Shown here in pieces: positions 30,368 to 40,138 of a stretch of DNA of 64,000 nt (its first letter is position 1; each line of letters starts with the position of its first letter). Under the pieces are notes generated by a model. It was given only the letters and a program-made list of their open reading frames with translations. It searched no databases and was not told the origin of the DNA. This DNA comes from Candidatus Melainabacteria bacterium 17Bon1m. Its GTDB lineage: Bacteria; Cyanobacteriota; Vampirovibrionia; Obscuribacterales; Obscuribacteraceae. A program made the translations under genes and the position numbers. The stretch lies in NCBI GenBank assembly GCA_032128875.1, contig JAVLKG010000006.1:128001-192000 (forward strand). The letters run 5' to 3'.

Positions 30368-31237
30368 CTAAATCTTGATGTACTTACCAGATGTCCAAGC
30401 TGATCCGCCGGCGCCCACAAGAACGCCCAGACCAAGCATGACTCCAAATGTTTGCCACATTCCGTACTCGATATTTCTCGGCAGAAAAGGAGCAAGGCTG
30501 ACCAGCTGGTCGGTCAGGTAAGGGTCGAGATATATATGTACTCCCACCAAAACAAGAATTGCGACCGCTGCAGAACCGGCTCCGTAGGCGGCTCCTTGCA
30601 GGACGAACGGACCCTTAATATAAAACGGGCTTACACCCATCAGACTGAGAATTTCAATTTCTCTCTGCCGTGACTCGATGAGCAAGTGAATCGTGTTGCC
30701 GATCACAGTAAGAGTTGCTGCTGAAAGAGCTGCTGTGATGGCGAATCCAGCGATTTCAATGAAGTGCCGGAACTCGTTGATCTTGCGTGCGACATTCAAT
30801 GGATAGCGAATGTTTTCTACTGCGGATAGCAGTTTTACTTTGGCGGCAACGGCTTCGACGGCCTCGGGGTTGCTGGCGCGGATGTGCAAAGTATTCGGCA
30901 GGGGATTAGCCAGGGAAGCGACTTTGAAGGTTGACTTCATCTCGTCCCAGGCGACGTCCTTGGTGACGATTTCGACTAATTGAACCTCGGGGATTTGACT
31001 GATTTCACGAGCGACTCGCTTGGGCTGGTAGCCGTCTTTCAAGTACGCGGAAACTTCAAGCTGCGAACCGAAGGCCGCCACGACGTTTTTCATCGTCATT
31101 GTCACTTGAAGAATGCCACCAAATATGGTGAGCGCGATTGCGAGAATGCTGACCACTAACCAATTCGACCAGCCCGATCTTTTGATACCAAGACCGGTCT
31201 CGATGATTACTCGGAAAAATGTTCTCAAATGCCTCAT
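30368..31237 (-). CDS. ftsX: Cell division permease FtsX
   Basis: NPLP loop, NTIHLLIESRQREIEILSLMG, 4 TM; overlaps ftsE stop by 4 nt. Confidence 0.93.
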   Translation of the reverse strand: MRHLRTFFRVIIETGLGIKRSGWSNWLVVSILAIALTIFGGILQVTMTMKNVVAAFGSQLEVSAYLKDGYQPKRVAREISQIPEVQLVEIVTKDVAWDEMKSTFKVASLANPLPNTLHIRASNPEAVEAVAAKVKLLSAVENIRYPLNVARKINEFRHFIEIAGFAITAALSAATLTVIGNTIHLLIESRQREIEILSLMGVSPFYIKGPFVLQGAAYGAGSAAVAILVLVGVHIYLDPYLTDQLVSLAPFLPRNIEYGMWQTFGVMLGLGVLVGAGGSAWTSGKYIKI

Positions 31238-31929
31238 ACGTTCAGATTTGGCTCCAATTCGTAGACGCCGCTATCGACGTCGGACACAATTTCTCCACCT
31301 TTGAGATAGATAACGCGCCTGCGCAGCGTGTTAACGATGTTTGTATCGTGGGTGGAAATGAACACGGTCGTACCGCGCTCAGCAATTCTTTCGAGCAGTT
31401 GCACGATTTCTAAAGACGTTGCAGGGTCAAGGTTACCGGTTGGTTCGTCTGCAAGAAGAACGGGCGGTCCGTTGACGATGGCGCGCGCGATACCGACACG
31501 TTGTTGCTCACCGCCGGAGAGTTCATCCGGATAAGCGTCCGCTTTGTGCTCAAGACTGACGACGGAAAGCGCGCTCTGCACGCGTTTTGCTACTTCTTTC
31601 TCTTCTACTCCAAGGGCACGCAAAATGTAGGCGACATTGTTGAACACTGTTTGCCGCGGCAAAAGTTTATAGTCCTGAAAAATTGTGCCCAGGCGGCGGC
31701 GTAACAGCGGCACCTGGCGCTTATGCAAGCGGTTGAGATTAACTCCGCCGACAAAAACGCTGCCGGATGTGGGAGTTTCTTCGCGGTATAGAAGACGCAT
31801 CAGCGTAGACTTGCCGGCGCCTGACGGTCCAACGAGGAAGGCAAATTCGCCCAAAGCAATGTGTAAGTTCACATTGACGAGCGCTGGTCTTCCGCCGTAG
31901 TCCTTGGTGACGTTCTGTAGGCGAATCAC
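31234..31929 (-). CDS. ftsE: Cell division ATP-binding protein FtsE
   Basis: GPSGAGKST, FQDYKLL, LSGGEQQRVGIARAIVN, ADEPTGNLDP. Confidence 0.96.
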   Translation of the reverse strand: MIRLQNVTKDYGGRPALVNVNLHIALGEFAFLVGPSGAGKSTLMRLLYREETPTSGSVFVGGVNLNRLHKRQVPLLRRRLGTIFQDYKLLPRQTVFNNVAYILRALGVEEKEVAKRVQSALSVVSLEHKADAYPDELSGGEQQRVGIARAIVNGPPVLLADEPTGNLDPATSLEIVQLLERIAERGTTVFISTHDTNIVNTLRRRVIYLKGGEIVSDVDSGVYELEPNLNV

Positions 31930-32164
31930 TGTTTAGGGTCTCTCTTTTAGAGCGGTGCTACTGGCTCTAAGCGTTGAATCAATCAATTTTGAATCTTGTG
32001 TTCGAATGGAGAACATCGATCGCATGCTTATTTGATATCTGTTCGCTACTCTTCCGATTCTCTGGCGAAAAAGCCGGATTCAAGTGCCGGGCAATGATAA
32101 CACAGTAGTCAGAAGGAAACTTTTGAAGACTCCAATCTTCAGTATTAATCTCTTAAGGCGCGTT

Positions 32165-32854
32165 TCATGCGCCCTTTTCGCTTTGTGCCGGACGAACCTG
32201 TGATTCGAAAAAGCACATTGAGCACAAACCCTGAGAGCCGTACAGCATGGGGGTTGGCTGCTTACATGTCTGGCATTGAGTGGAAACGTTCGCTTCCATC
32301 CATTTGCGCGCCCTTAGTTCCTTTTCATATAAAGCAACTATGCGGTCATGAACTTTTTCATGGTCCCCGTCAGCGGCCGTTAAGCGGGTCTTAAGAGCCT
32401 TTATGTCGGCTTCCTCTTCTGGCGTGAGCATTATCGAAGCCAACTCCTCAGGACCAGGCGTGTTGGCCAGGCGTTGTTGGTTTGTCGCTTCCACCGCTTT
32501 CCGGTTTTCGACTATCTCTTCTTTTTTGTAGAAGTGCTTCATGTCAAAACGAATGCCGCGGATTTCTACGCCCAGTCCGTTACCAGCAATACGCATCTTC
32601 TTGACTAGCTGCGAGCGCATCAAACTCAATTCTTGCCCAACAGCAGCTTCGCTAACGGAGATGACTATATTGCCTTCATGATCGATGAAAAGAGGGCGTG
32701 ATTTCATAGCAAAAGGTTCGCCCACAATTGTCGGCCAAAGGCCAAGCAAAGTGTGCTCTTTTAAGCGCCTGTCCAGATTCAAGGAAGAGACAAGCTGATT
32801 TAGCACTTTGTTGACGCTGGACATAGTGCGTCTTTTGCCGAATCCGTCAGACAT
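32165..32854 (-). CDS. dciA: DUF721/DciA helicase-loader family protein with C-terminal Zn ribbon
   Basis: WPTIVGEPFAMKSRP...QELSLMRSQLVKK; CQTC...CSMC. Confidence 0.8.
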   Translation of the reverse strand: MSDGFGKRRTMSSVNKVLNQLVSSLNLDRRLKEHTLLGLWPTIVGEPFAMKSRPLFIDHEGNIVISVSEAAVGQELSLMRSQLVKKMRIAGNGLGVEIRGIRFDMKHFYKKEEIVENRKAVEATNQQRLANTPGPEELASIMLTPEEEADIKALKTRLTAADGDHEKVHDRIVALYEKELRARKWMEANVSTQCQTCKQPTPMLYGSQGLCSMCFFESQVRPAQSEKGA

Positions 32855-33046
32855 TCTTCAAGCCTCCGACTAGTCACTCATTATAAGTAGGGTTTTCAAA
32901 GTCCGGCTTCCAATCAACGATGAACAAAATCAAAGAAACAGGCAAAAACCCCATAAGTTCGCCCGTGCGATATAATCAGCCCGATGAGCGGCTTTTCGCC
33001 GAAATTTCGATTGTCATCACATACTTTTTAAATAGGAATTGAGTCA

Positions 33047-33394
33047 GTGTCAGGCATTAACACCATCCAAGAATTGCAAAAGCGCTTCAAACCAGAGGCC
33101 GCCCGCAACGTATCAGCCACTTACCTCTTCGCTGTACGCGGTCAAGACGGCTCGATGGTGCTGACGAAAATTAACGATGGTGAAGTCTCTTTCGAAGACG
33201 TCAGCAATGAAGCCAACCCCAATGGAAAAGCCGATTGCGTCATCTCAGTCAATTCCGACGACTTGAAACAAATCCTCGAAGGCAATATGTCGGCAATGAC
33301 CGCAGCACTTTCCGGAGTGCTTGCAATCGAAGGAGAACTGGGACTGGCCATGCAACTGGTACCGATATTCTTCGACGGACAAGCCTTGATGTAG
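33047..33394 (+). CDS. SCP2 sterol/lipid-binding domain protein
   Basis: FKPEAA...ADCVISVNSDDL...AMTAALSGVLAIEGELGLAMQL. Confidence 0.88.
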   Translation: MSGINTIQELQKRFKPEAARNVSATYLFAVRGQDGSMVLTKINDGEVSFEDVSNEANPNGKADCVISVNSDDLKQILEGNMSAMTAALSGVLAIEGELGLAMQLVPIFFDGQALM

Positions 33395-33404
33395 TCGAAA
33401 CAGC

Positions 33405-34007
33405 TCACCGCAAGTAAAATTCTGAAAGCCACTGTGGAACATTCTTAAGGGCGTCCTTCAGTTGCTCCTTTTCAATGGATTTATTTGGCATACAGCGGGA
33501 AATTTCCTTCTGAGTAACTTTGTTTTTGCCAATGTGCCACAGTGCTACAAGAGAAAGTCCAGCTCCGCCCTTCTTGACCAGACGAATTTTTCTTTTGCTT
33601 GTCGATTGGAAGACGATTTTGATATTGCCGTACTTAAAAGAGCTTGATGAGCCGTCAATCCATAAAGCGAGCGTTTCTGTATTCCCGGCTGTCTCGATTA
33701 ATTTCAATTGCTGCGCAACTTCATCGCCGTGAGTGGCAATCTTTTTGCCATATGCTTTTGCTTTTATTCTGGCGACCTCTAACGGTGTAGGAAGAGGTGT
33801 ACTCTCATCTCCGCGCATAAATACTCCAGAAGCAAGTCGAACTATTTCGCCTTTTTCAACCAGTCTCTTAAGGGCACAATCTACTGCTTTGCGCGTACCA
33901 AATCGCAATACATCTTTAGTGGTAAACATTTGACCCCTATTGAGGCTATATACGAATCGGCGCAGAAACGTAGAGGCTGACATGGAAATCACCTTCTCAC
34001 TGGGCAT
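33405..34007 (-). CDS. DUF6088 / AbiEi-like winged-HTH protein (orphan)
   Basis: GQMFTTKDVLRFGTRKAVDCALKRLVEKGEIVRLASGVF, later DGSSSSFKYGNIKIVF. Confidence 0.8.
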   Translation of the reverse strand: MPSEKVISMSASTFLRRFVYSLNRGQMFTTKDVLRFGTRKAVDCALKRLVEKGEIVRLASGVFMRGDESTPLPTPLEVARIKAKAYGKKIATHGDEVAQQLKLIETAGNTETLALWIDGSSSSFKYGNIKIVFQSTSKRKIRLVKKGGAGLSLVALWHIGKNKVTQKEISRCMPNKSIEKEQLKDALKNVPQWLSEFYLR

Positions 34008-34134
34008 TTTTTGAAGTTTGGTCGAATACTTTTAAAGACGCAGTAACGGTCAAAAAAGTTCAGAAATTTTGATTGAAAATTCGGTACGACAAAAGGAGCT
34101 GTTTCACCTCTCTGATTTTCATCCCCACCAAGTG

Positions 34135-34524
34135 GAGGGATTTTCTGGAGTTTTTCCCTCATATGAAAAAGCTCGAACTCTTATAATTGGCGCTTTTGCG
34201 GGAATTCGTAAGTCTTTGAATTTACAACTGGTTGTAGAGTTCTGAACTGCTCTTGAATTTGGGCTTCACACCTTAAGGGATTTTCACAGGTTTTTCCCTC
34301 AATCTTCGGTGTCTTTCACTTTTGCACGGTGGGCACGGAAAGATTTAGCAAGTTGAGGGATTTTCTCGAGTTTTTCTCTCATCATGTGATCGATGGAATG
34401 CCCCATCGTTGCGCATTTTTCCTTTCTCACTTTAGATGACCTAGATCTTGCTCGTATGCGAAGTGCCATGAATTCACAAAATGCCAATTTGAGTTTGAGG
34501 GATTTTCCTGAGAAAATCCCTCAA
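34135..34524. repeat. Four 26-bp palindromic repeats GAGGGATTTTC-N4-G(T/A)4TCCCTC
   Basis: Copies at 34135, 34275, 34355, 34497; the last has perfect 13-bp arms around a 4-nt centre (34495-34524). Confidence 0.9.
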
Positions 34525-34545
34525 CAGGTAGAACACCAAATGCAC

Positions 34546-35430
34546 TCAGCTATTTTTTGAAATTTTGTCCCTTAGGGCGTCTAGCATCACATCTGGTGGC
34601 ACAGGTTTTTCCGTCCAGAATTCGAAAGCCAGGGCGGCCTGGCGCGCTAGCATCTCTTTGCCATCGATGCTTACCACTCCATGTTTAGCCGCTGCCTCGA
34701 TCATTGGAGTCGGTAATTCGTTTTTCGAATAGACCATATCGAAGAAAAATGCACGCTCTGAGGCACGTTTGAACATCACATCAACCCAGTCGGGCAGCGC
34801 ATTTGATGCCTGACCCAGTGGTGTGCAATTGACTATCAGCTGAGGCACATCATGTTCTTCTTGCACAAAGTCTTCACTCCTGTGCATGTTGAAGGTTTCG
34901 CCGGCCAAGAGTTTGTCGCCCAAGTAGAAGTCGCAAAGCGAGTGCTTCTCAGGGTTTCTGACTAAGAGTTGAATGTCTTGAAATTCAAGATCGACAAGTG
35001 CTGCAACTGCCGCTCTAGCCGCACCACCAGCGCCTAAGATGAGCGCTCTCTGCTTGTTTCTATTGCCAAAGTTTTCTTCGAGTGTTTTTCTAAATGCAGG
35101 CAAATCGGTGTTATGCCCGATCAACTTTCCGTCCGGATAGATTTTTACCGTGTTGACAGCGCGCGTGCGCACTGCGTCCTCGGTCTTTCCAACGCAGCGC
35201 GCAAAGATAGACCGCTTGTGCGGGATAGTTACATTGAAGCCTGCGTAACCTTCGCGATGCATTGAAGCGAGCTTCGCATCGAGCTCCTCTTCAACTACAT
35301 CGATGAGACGGTAATCACCATCTCGCCCGATATGTTTCATCGCAGCCAGATGCATCGCTGGTGAAAGCGAGTGAGAGACCGGATGGCCAATCAGTCCTAG
35401 GAGAAGAAATACCTGCAGCTCCGGAGACAT
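34546..35430 (-). CDS. aroE: Shikimate dehydrogenase
   Basis: GHPVSHSLSPAMH, GFNVTIPHK, AVNT, HNTD, GAGGAARA, NCTPLG. Confidence 0.95.
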   Translation of the reverse strand: MSPELQVFLLLGLIGHPVSHSLSPAMHLAAMKHIGRDGDYRLIDVVEEELDAKLASMHREGYAGFNVTIPHKRSIFARCVGKTEDAVRTRAVNTVKIYPDGKLIGHNTDLPAFRKTLEENFGNRNKQRALILGAGGAARAAVAALVDLEFQDIQLLVRNPEKHSLCDFYLGDKLLAGETFNMHRSEDFVQEEHDVPQLIVNCTPLGQASNALPDWVDVMFKRASERAFFFDMVYSKNELPTPMIEAAAKHGVVSIDGKEMLARQAALAFEFWTEKPVPPDVMLDALRDKISKNS

Positions 35431-35433
35431 TCT

Positions 35434-35859
35434 CTAGTAAGAGCCTGCTTGCTGCGTCGCTACGCGCATCCGCTTGATGCCTGATTCGGCAGCGGCTTGC
35501 ATGATGGCGACAATATCCTTCTGTTTGGATTCGGCATCTGCGTTGACTGTGCACGCGACGTCTTTCTTGCCCAGCTTCTTCAGCTGTTCTTCTATCTTCT
35601 CTTTGATCACTGCAGGCTCATTGCTGGGCACGAAGCGACCATTGATGGCAATCTGACCCGTTTCATCCACGTCTATGAAGATGCCTTTGCTCTCGTCGTC
35701 TTTCTTGGCGTTCTGAGTTTCTGGCGGCTTGATCTTAAGCTCCGACTTATCGATAAGTGGAGCGATAAGGATCATGATTACGAGCAACACGAGGAATACG
35801 TCGGTCAACGGTGTTACGTTGATCTCTTCGAAATTCGATCCGGCTTCGCCCATCGACAT
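35434..35859 (-). CDS. exbD: ExbD/TolR biopolymer transport protein
   Basis: EINVTPLTDVFLVLLVIMIL. Confidence 0.93.
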   Translation of the reverse strand: MSMGEAGSNFEEINVTPLTDVFLVLLVIMILIAPLIDKSELKIKPPETQNAKKDDESKGIFIDVDETGQIAINGRFVPSNEPAVIKEKIEEQLKKLGKKDVACTVNADAESKQKDIVAIMQAAAESGIKRMRVATQQAGSY

Positions 35860-35896
35860 AGTGCATTACCCCTTTAGAGTTGAAGGTCCAAAAGGA

Positions 35897-36547
35897 TTAG
35901 CGAGCTTGGGCTTGGTTGTTGGCTTCTTCTGTAGCTACGAAGCTCAAGAAGAGGAGCTTCAGCAGAGAGAAGTCATCGTTGAATCGCTTCACTGTGTTGG
36001 TGTAAGTGTTGTTGAAAACAACTGCACCGATAGCGACAATCAGACCGTAACCTGTTGCGATCAGCGCTTTGGCAACGCCGACGACTACGACAGGAGTACC
36101 GCCACCTGCGGCGCCAAGTTGGTCAAGCGTAAAGATAACGCCGACTACGGTTCCGAACAGTCCCAAGAAGGGGCATGTGGCGCCGATGGTTCCGAGGATC
36201 GCTAGGTGTTTTTCCAATTTTCGTGTGACAAGACTGACAGTGATATCGAAAGCCTTGGAGAAGTCTTCCTTTTGCTCCGCCATAAGACGGACGCCTTCTT
36301 CGGCAACTTCACCAACTACACCGCCCAGACGGCTGCATGTAGCTTGTGCTTTCTGCAACTGACCGCTTTCCAGTTCGCGTTGCAGTTGATGGATGAACGA
36401 GGTCACATCGCGACGGTTCTTTTGGTAGTAAAGATACCGCTCAACTGTAACCGCAACTGTCAAGACCGAGCAGACCGTAATCGGAATGGATGCGAACCAG
36501 TCGTGGATCATGAAATCCAGGAAGTACGTAAAAAATTTGCTTTCCAT
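35897..36547 (-). CDS. exbB: MotA/TolQ/ExbB proton channel
   Basis: LGTIGATCPFLGLFGTVVGVI, ALIATGYGLIVAI. Confidence 0.93.
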   Translation of the reverse strand: MESKFFTYFLDFMIHDWFASIPITVCSVLTVAVTVERYLYYQKNRRDVTSFIHQLQRELESGQLQKAQATCSRLGGVVGEVAEEGVRLMAEQKEDFSKAFDITVSLVTRKLEKHLAILGTIGATCPFLGLFGTVVGVIFTLDQLGAAGGGTPVVVVGVAKALIATGYGLIVAIGAVVFNNTYTNTVKRFNDDFSLLKLLFLSFVATEEANNQAQAR

Positions 36548-36586
36548 TTCCTCTCCAATTAGATGCGATTGGCTTTGATGAATATA

Positions 36587-38227
36587 TCAGAACTGGCGGA
36601 AGGTGCCACGTCCACCACCTGAAAATACGTTGTAGTCGAACGTAAATTGAATATCAACATCGTCCGGCGCTCCTGCAGGCAGTGGTCTGAAAGGCGCAGC
36701 ATTCTCAACGGCTTTAAGTGCCGCCTGGTCAGCGATTGCTACTCCCGAACCATGGTCCAATCTGAGGTGAGACAACTCTCCTCCCCTGTGTACCTTGAAA
36801 ACAACTACGACGCGTTTTGATTCGTTACCTTTCGGTGGGAACCAAGCACGTTTGATACGTCTTTGTAGGTCTGCCATATATGGTCCGAAGTCCACATCGG
36901 CTTGTGCTGCTACAGAAGGTCTGCCGCCCGGGTTGTTGTTGGCGTCAGGGTTGCCTTTCTGGCCTTCTCCCCCGCCTCCGCCGGCTGGTCTGGGCACCGA
37001 GGGTGCCACCGCGATGGCTGGTCCGCCGCCGCCACCGCCGCCGCCACCACCGGATCTAGCCCGGGTTGGAGCAGGCGCTGCCGAAGGTCCGGAGCCGCCG
37101 CCACGAGTAGGTGATCCGCCACCACCGGCAATTGGAACTGGAGTCGTTACGCCGGAGCCGCCGCCCGATCCTGATGCAGATACAGGGGCAATTCCGGGAC
37201 TCGGTGCCGATGAAGATCCAGAGCCGGAGCCGACTCTAGGAGATGCGGAGAAGGTTGGAGAACCGCTCTTGCCAAAACTCATAGGCGCCGGTGAAGGCGA
37301 GGGATTTGGCGACGGTGCAGCCGATGGATGTGCAAATGGATTGGGCAATGCCATCGGACGTGCCATAGGAGCAGGCGACGGTGAAGGTGATGGCGAAGGC
37401 GTCGGAGATGGACGCGGTGATGGCGACGGAGACGGACTTGGTGATGGCACCGGCCGTGGTGACGGTGTCGGTCTGGGACTTGGGCTCGGCGTCGGTGTAG
37501 GAGTCGGTCTTGGTGCCGGTGTCGGTGTCGGCGGATGGGGCGTCGGATGCGCTTGCGGGGTAGGACGCGGTGCCGGAGAAGGTTGGCTTGGTGCCTTAGG
37601 AGCAGGTGAAGGAGCTCTTACTTCTTGCTTGGGATCGTGTTTTCCGGAATTTTCGGAAGCCTTTTGTGCACGACGTTTTGAAACGATTTTCTTTTGAGTA
37701 GGCGGCTGGTTTTGAACAAACTCGATGTCCGTCACCTGTGTTCTAGGGGGCGGTGGAATCAAGAAGAAGAATGCAAGAATGAAACACGCAACAATAAAAG
37801 AGAAGTGGAATATGTACGATCCGCTGGTTGCTTCCGGCAATTCGATTACGTATTCCGGATATATCTGTTTGCGCTGAATGACACGCGCTCTGTCGTATGC
37901 ATCTCTTGCTGTATATGCGAAGTATGCAAGAAACAGCCCCATTATGACCATGGATGCCGGCGATCCGAAGTGTCCTTGTGAGAGCGAAGCAACTAACTCA
38001 CGGTTCGGCTTCATATGAAAGGATTGCCCGAATGAAACCAGTCCGCGCAGGAACGGGTCCATAAACAGCATCAACAAGAAACATATGAAGTTGATGGCGG
38101 TCACCGCCAAGAACAACATTCCTTTTCTTGTCTCACCGTTGTAAAGCTGACCAAGTCCCGGAATCACCGAGAGTATGACCGCCATGTTGGGGTCACGCTG
38201 ATTATTTTGTCTTGCTGAGCTTGTCAT
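36587..38227 (-). CDS. TonB/TolA-family energy transducer with extra N-terminal membrane domain
   Basis: [15 protein letters not shown]2/DUF5683-like start, Pro-rich and Gly-rich linker, C-terminal [13 protein letters not shown]...[18 protein letters not shown]. Confidence 0.88.
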   Translation of the reverse strand: MTSSARQNNQRDPNMAVILSVIPGLGQLYNGETRKGMLFLAVTAINFICFLLMLFMDPFLRGLVSFGQSFHMKPNRELVASLSQGHFGSPASMVIMGLFLAYFAYTARDAYDRARVIQRKQIYPEYVIELPEATSGSYIFHFSFIVACFILAFFFLIPPPPRTQVTDIEFVQNQPPTQKKIVSKRRAQKASENSGKHDPKQEVRAPSPAPKAPSQPSPAPRPTPQAHPTPHPPTPTPAPRPTPTPTPSPSPRPTPSPRPVPSPSPSPSPSPRPSPTPSPSPSPSPAPMARPMALPNPFAHPSAAPSPNPSPSPAPMSFGKSGSPTFSASPRVGSGSGSSSAPSPGIAPVSASGSGGGSGVTTPVPIAGGGGSPTRGGGSGPSAAPAPTRARSGGGGGGGGGGPAIAVAPSVPRPAGGGGGEGQKGNPDANNNPGGRPSVAAQADVDFGPYMADLQRRIKRAWFPPKGNESKRVVVVFKVHRGGELSHLRLDHGSGVAIADQAALKAVENAAPFRPLPAGAPDDVDIQFTFDYNVFSGGGRGTFRQF

Positions 38228-38874
38228 TCCGTGCTTTGCCTGGTGGTTTAGGGCTTGAAGTCTAAAGATGCTTTCTGAGGTAAAACGTTCCTCAAATCTC
38301 GCGGCTTTCCAAGCAGTTTCGCCAAACTAGTAAGGTTTTGGTGATGCCCTGATGCTTCTCTCAAAGCTTCATTTGATTGGGCATTCGGGGTTTCTAACAA
38401 CTGGTTAAGTATAACACAGCGGTCCACCCAGCCTTTATTTCGGCGGTTCTTGGCCTCGGTCCAGCTTAGCCGTGAGCAGTAAGCTCTAATTTCTTTCCAC
38501 GATCGCGGTCTGAGGAATCCAATTCAACCGTATAAGTCGAAATCGATAATCTCTCACCCTCAGTTTGGCAGAGTTTTTACCTAGTTGCTGGCCTGTTTTT
38601 GCGGAACTGATCAAAGTGAATTTACTGGTTCAAGATCAGGGTAAACCCTGATCGATACGAACGACATTGGTAAGTCTCAACAAGGAATATCCGAACCATA
38701 TGCACGACAGGGTTTTGCCCCGTACGTCATAAACGACAGAGTAATTGCCGATTGTTTCAATGGCGTGTTACACACTGATAAAAGAAGACACTCGGCTGAG
38801 CGAGGCTAAAGCTCTGCTCAATCAGTTTTGATAGTCGGTTTTGACAGTCTTAGCTTCCGGGCGCGAAGTCCGAA

Positions 38875-39978
38875 TTACATCGTAGGCATCGCCAGTTCTT
38901 CTGCTAACTCGATTTTGAGCTCGTCGCCGGGTCTAACATCAACACGCTTACCTTTTTTGGAAAGCAGGACAGCAAGACCGATTGCAGCACCGATACCGGC
39001 TCCGATAACAGCACCGCCGCCAGCACCGATCGAGGATGAGCTCGAGGCGTTACCGGCAATAAGACCGATACCCAAGCCAACGCCGACCGGAATCGAAACG
39101 GCACCAACATCGATGGCAATGTCCTTGAGACCGCGCTTCGCATGGACAACACCACCGCGTGCTACCAGGTTGGCAACAATCGGGATCTGCTTATTATCAG
39201 GCGTTGTCACTGTATCGAACTTGAGCGCAACGTGACCGGAACGATTGAGAGCGCGTGGCAAAGTGATTCTGGCAATACGACCTTTGATGATCGAGCCGGC
39301 CGGAACAGCAACTTGTCCGTCGATGCTCAAATCTTCTGCCGTACGAGCAGCGAATTCGTCACCTTCTTGGCTGGTATCAGAATCAACAGCGGTGTCCATG
39401 ATGATTGGAATTTTTGTGTCTTTAGGCACGACTCGAACGAAGCCTTGCAAAACTTGCTTCTTCGTTTCTTTAGTCGTAGTGGTTGCGGCAGTAGCTTCCT
39501 TTTTCACTTCAGGATCAATCAAAGAATCAATCGGTTGGCTGGCTGAACCAGCAGTGGTGGTTGATTCGCTCGATGATGTCGCATCTGAAGCGGTGCTTTC
39601 GCTCGATGTTGCAGATGTTTCGGTCGCTTCTGCAGCAGGAGTCTTCGGAGCTTCTTCGACAATTTTGTCTTCGGTAGGTGTTTCTTCTTTTAACAATCCA
39701 CCGACTTCACCCGCAGGCTCTGATTTAGCGCCGGCAGTGTCTTCAGCCGGTGCAGCGGAAGATTCTGGGCTGTAAATCTTGAAGTTGAGCCCATCGGCAG
39801 CAAATGCTGCAGGGTGCGCAGAAAAGACGATAAGCGCGCTCATTATCACCGGCAATGCGCGATTGATCTTAAGCAAATCCGTTCTCCTTGAGTAACTTGA
39901 GACGTCTCTGTCTGTCTCTTCTGGTGGCTCGATTGGCGTGACCGTGGCAGTTGCGGCGTTTGCGCTCCTGATTTCCAT
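38875..39978 (-). CDS. Exported hypothetical protein with TrbI/VirB10-like beta domain and glycine zipper
   Basis: IPIIMDTAVDSDTSQEGDEF...VAVPAGSIIKGRI; GAVIGAGIGAAIG. Confidence 0.75.
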   Translation of the reverse strand: MEIRSANAATATVTPIEPPEETDRDVSSYSRRTDLLKINRALPVIMSALIVFSAHPAAFAADGLNFKIYSPESSAAPAEDTAGAKSEPAGEVGGLLKEETPTEDKIVEEAPKTPAAEATETSATSSESTASDATSSSESTTTAGSASQPIDSLIDPEVKKEATAATTTTKETKKQVLQGFVRVVPKDTKIPIIMDTAVDSDTSQEGDEFAARTAEDLSIDGQVAVPAGSIIKGRIARITLPRALNRSGHVALKFDTVTTPDNKQIPIVANLVARGGVVHAKRGLKDIAIDVGAVSIPVGVGLGIGLIAGNASSSSSIGAGGGAVIGAGIGAAIGLAVLLSKKGKRVDVRPGDELKIELAEELAMPTM

Positions 39979-40138
39979 TAGTCAAGCGGACCGGCTCGAC
40001 AGTCTACCATGCCTTCAGCAGGTTACAAATTAGTGGATTTTGATCCTGTTTATTGACGGTATTAACACTTATTTTTGGGTTCAATTAAACTAGGAGCAGA
40101 GCTTCCCAAAATTATTGTTCTTTTAGAGGACGAATTAA

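Noticed and set aside
34135-34524. CRISPR array interpretation of the 26-bp repeats
   Set aside because: Spacers are 114, 54 and 116 bp, the repeats vary centrally and no cas genes are present
36795-37697. 300-aa Gly-rich + strand ORF
   Set aside because: Antisense shadow of the Pro-rich TonB linker
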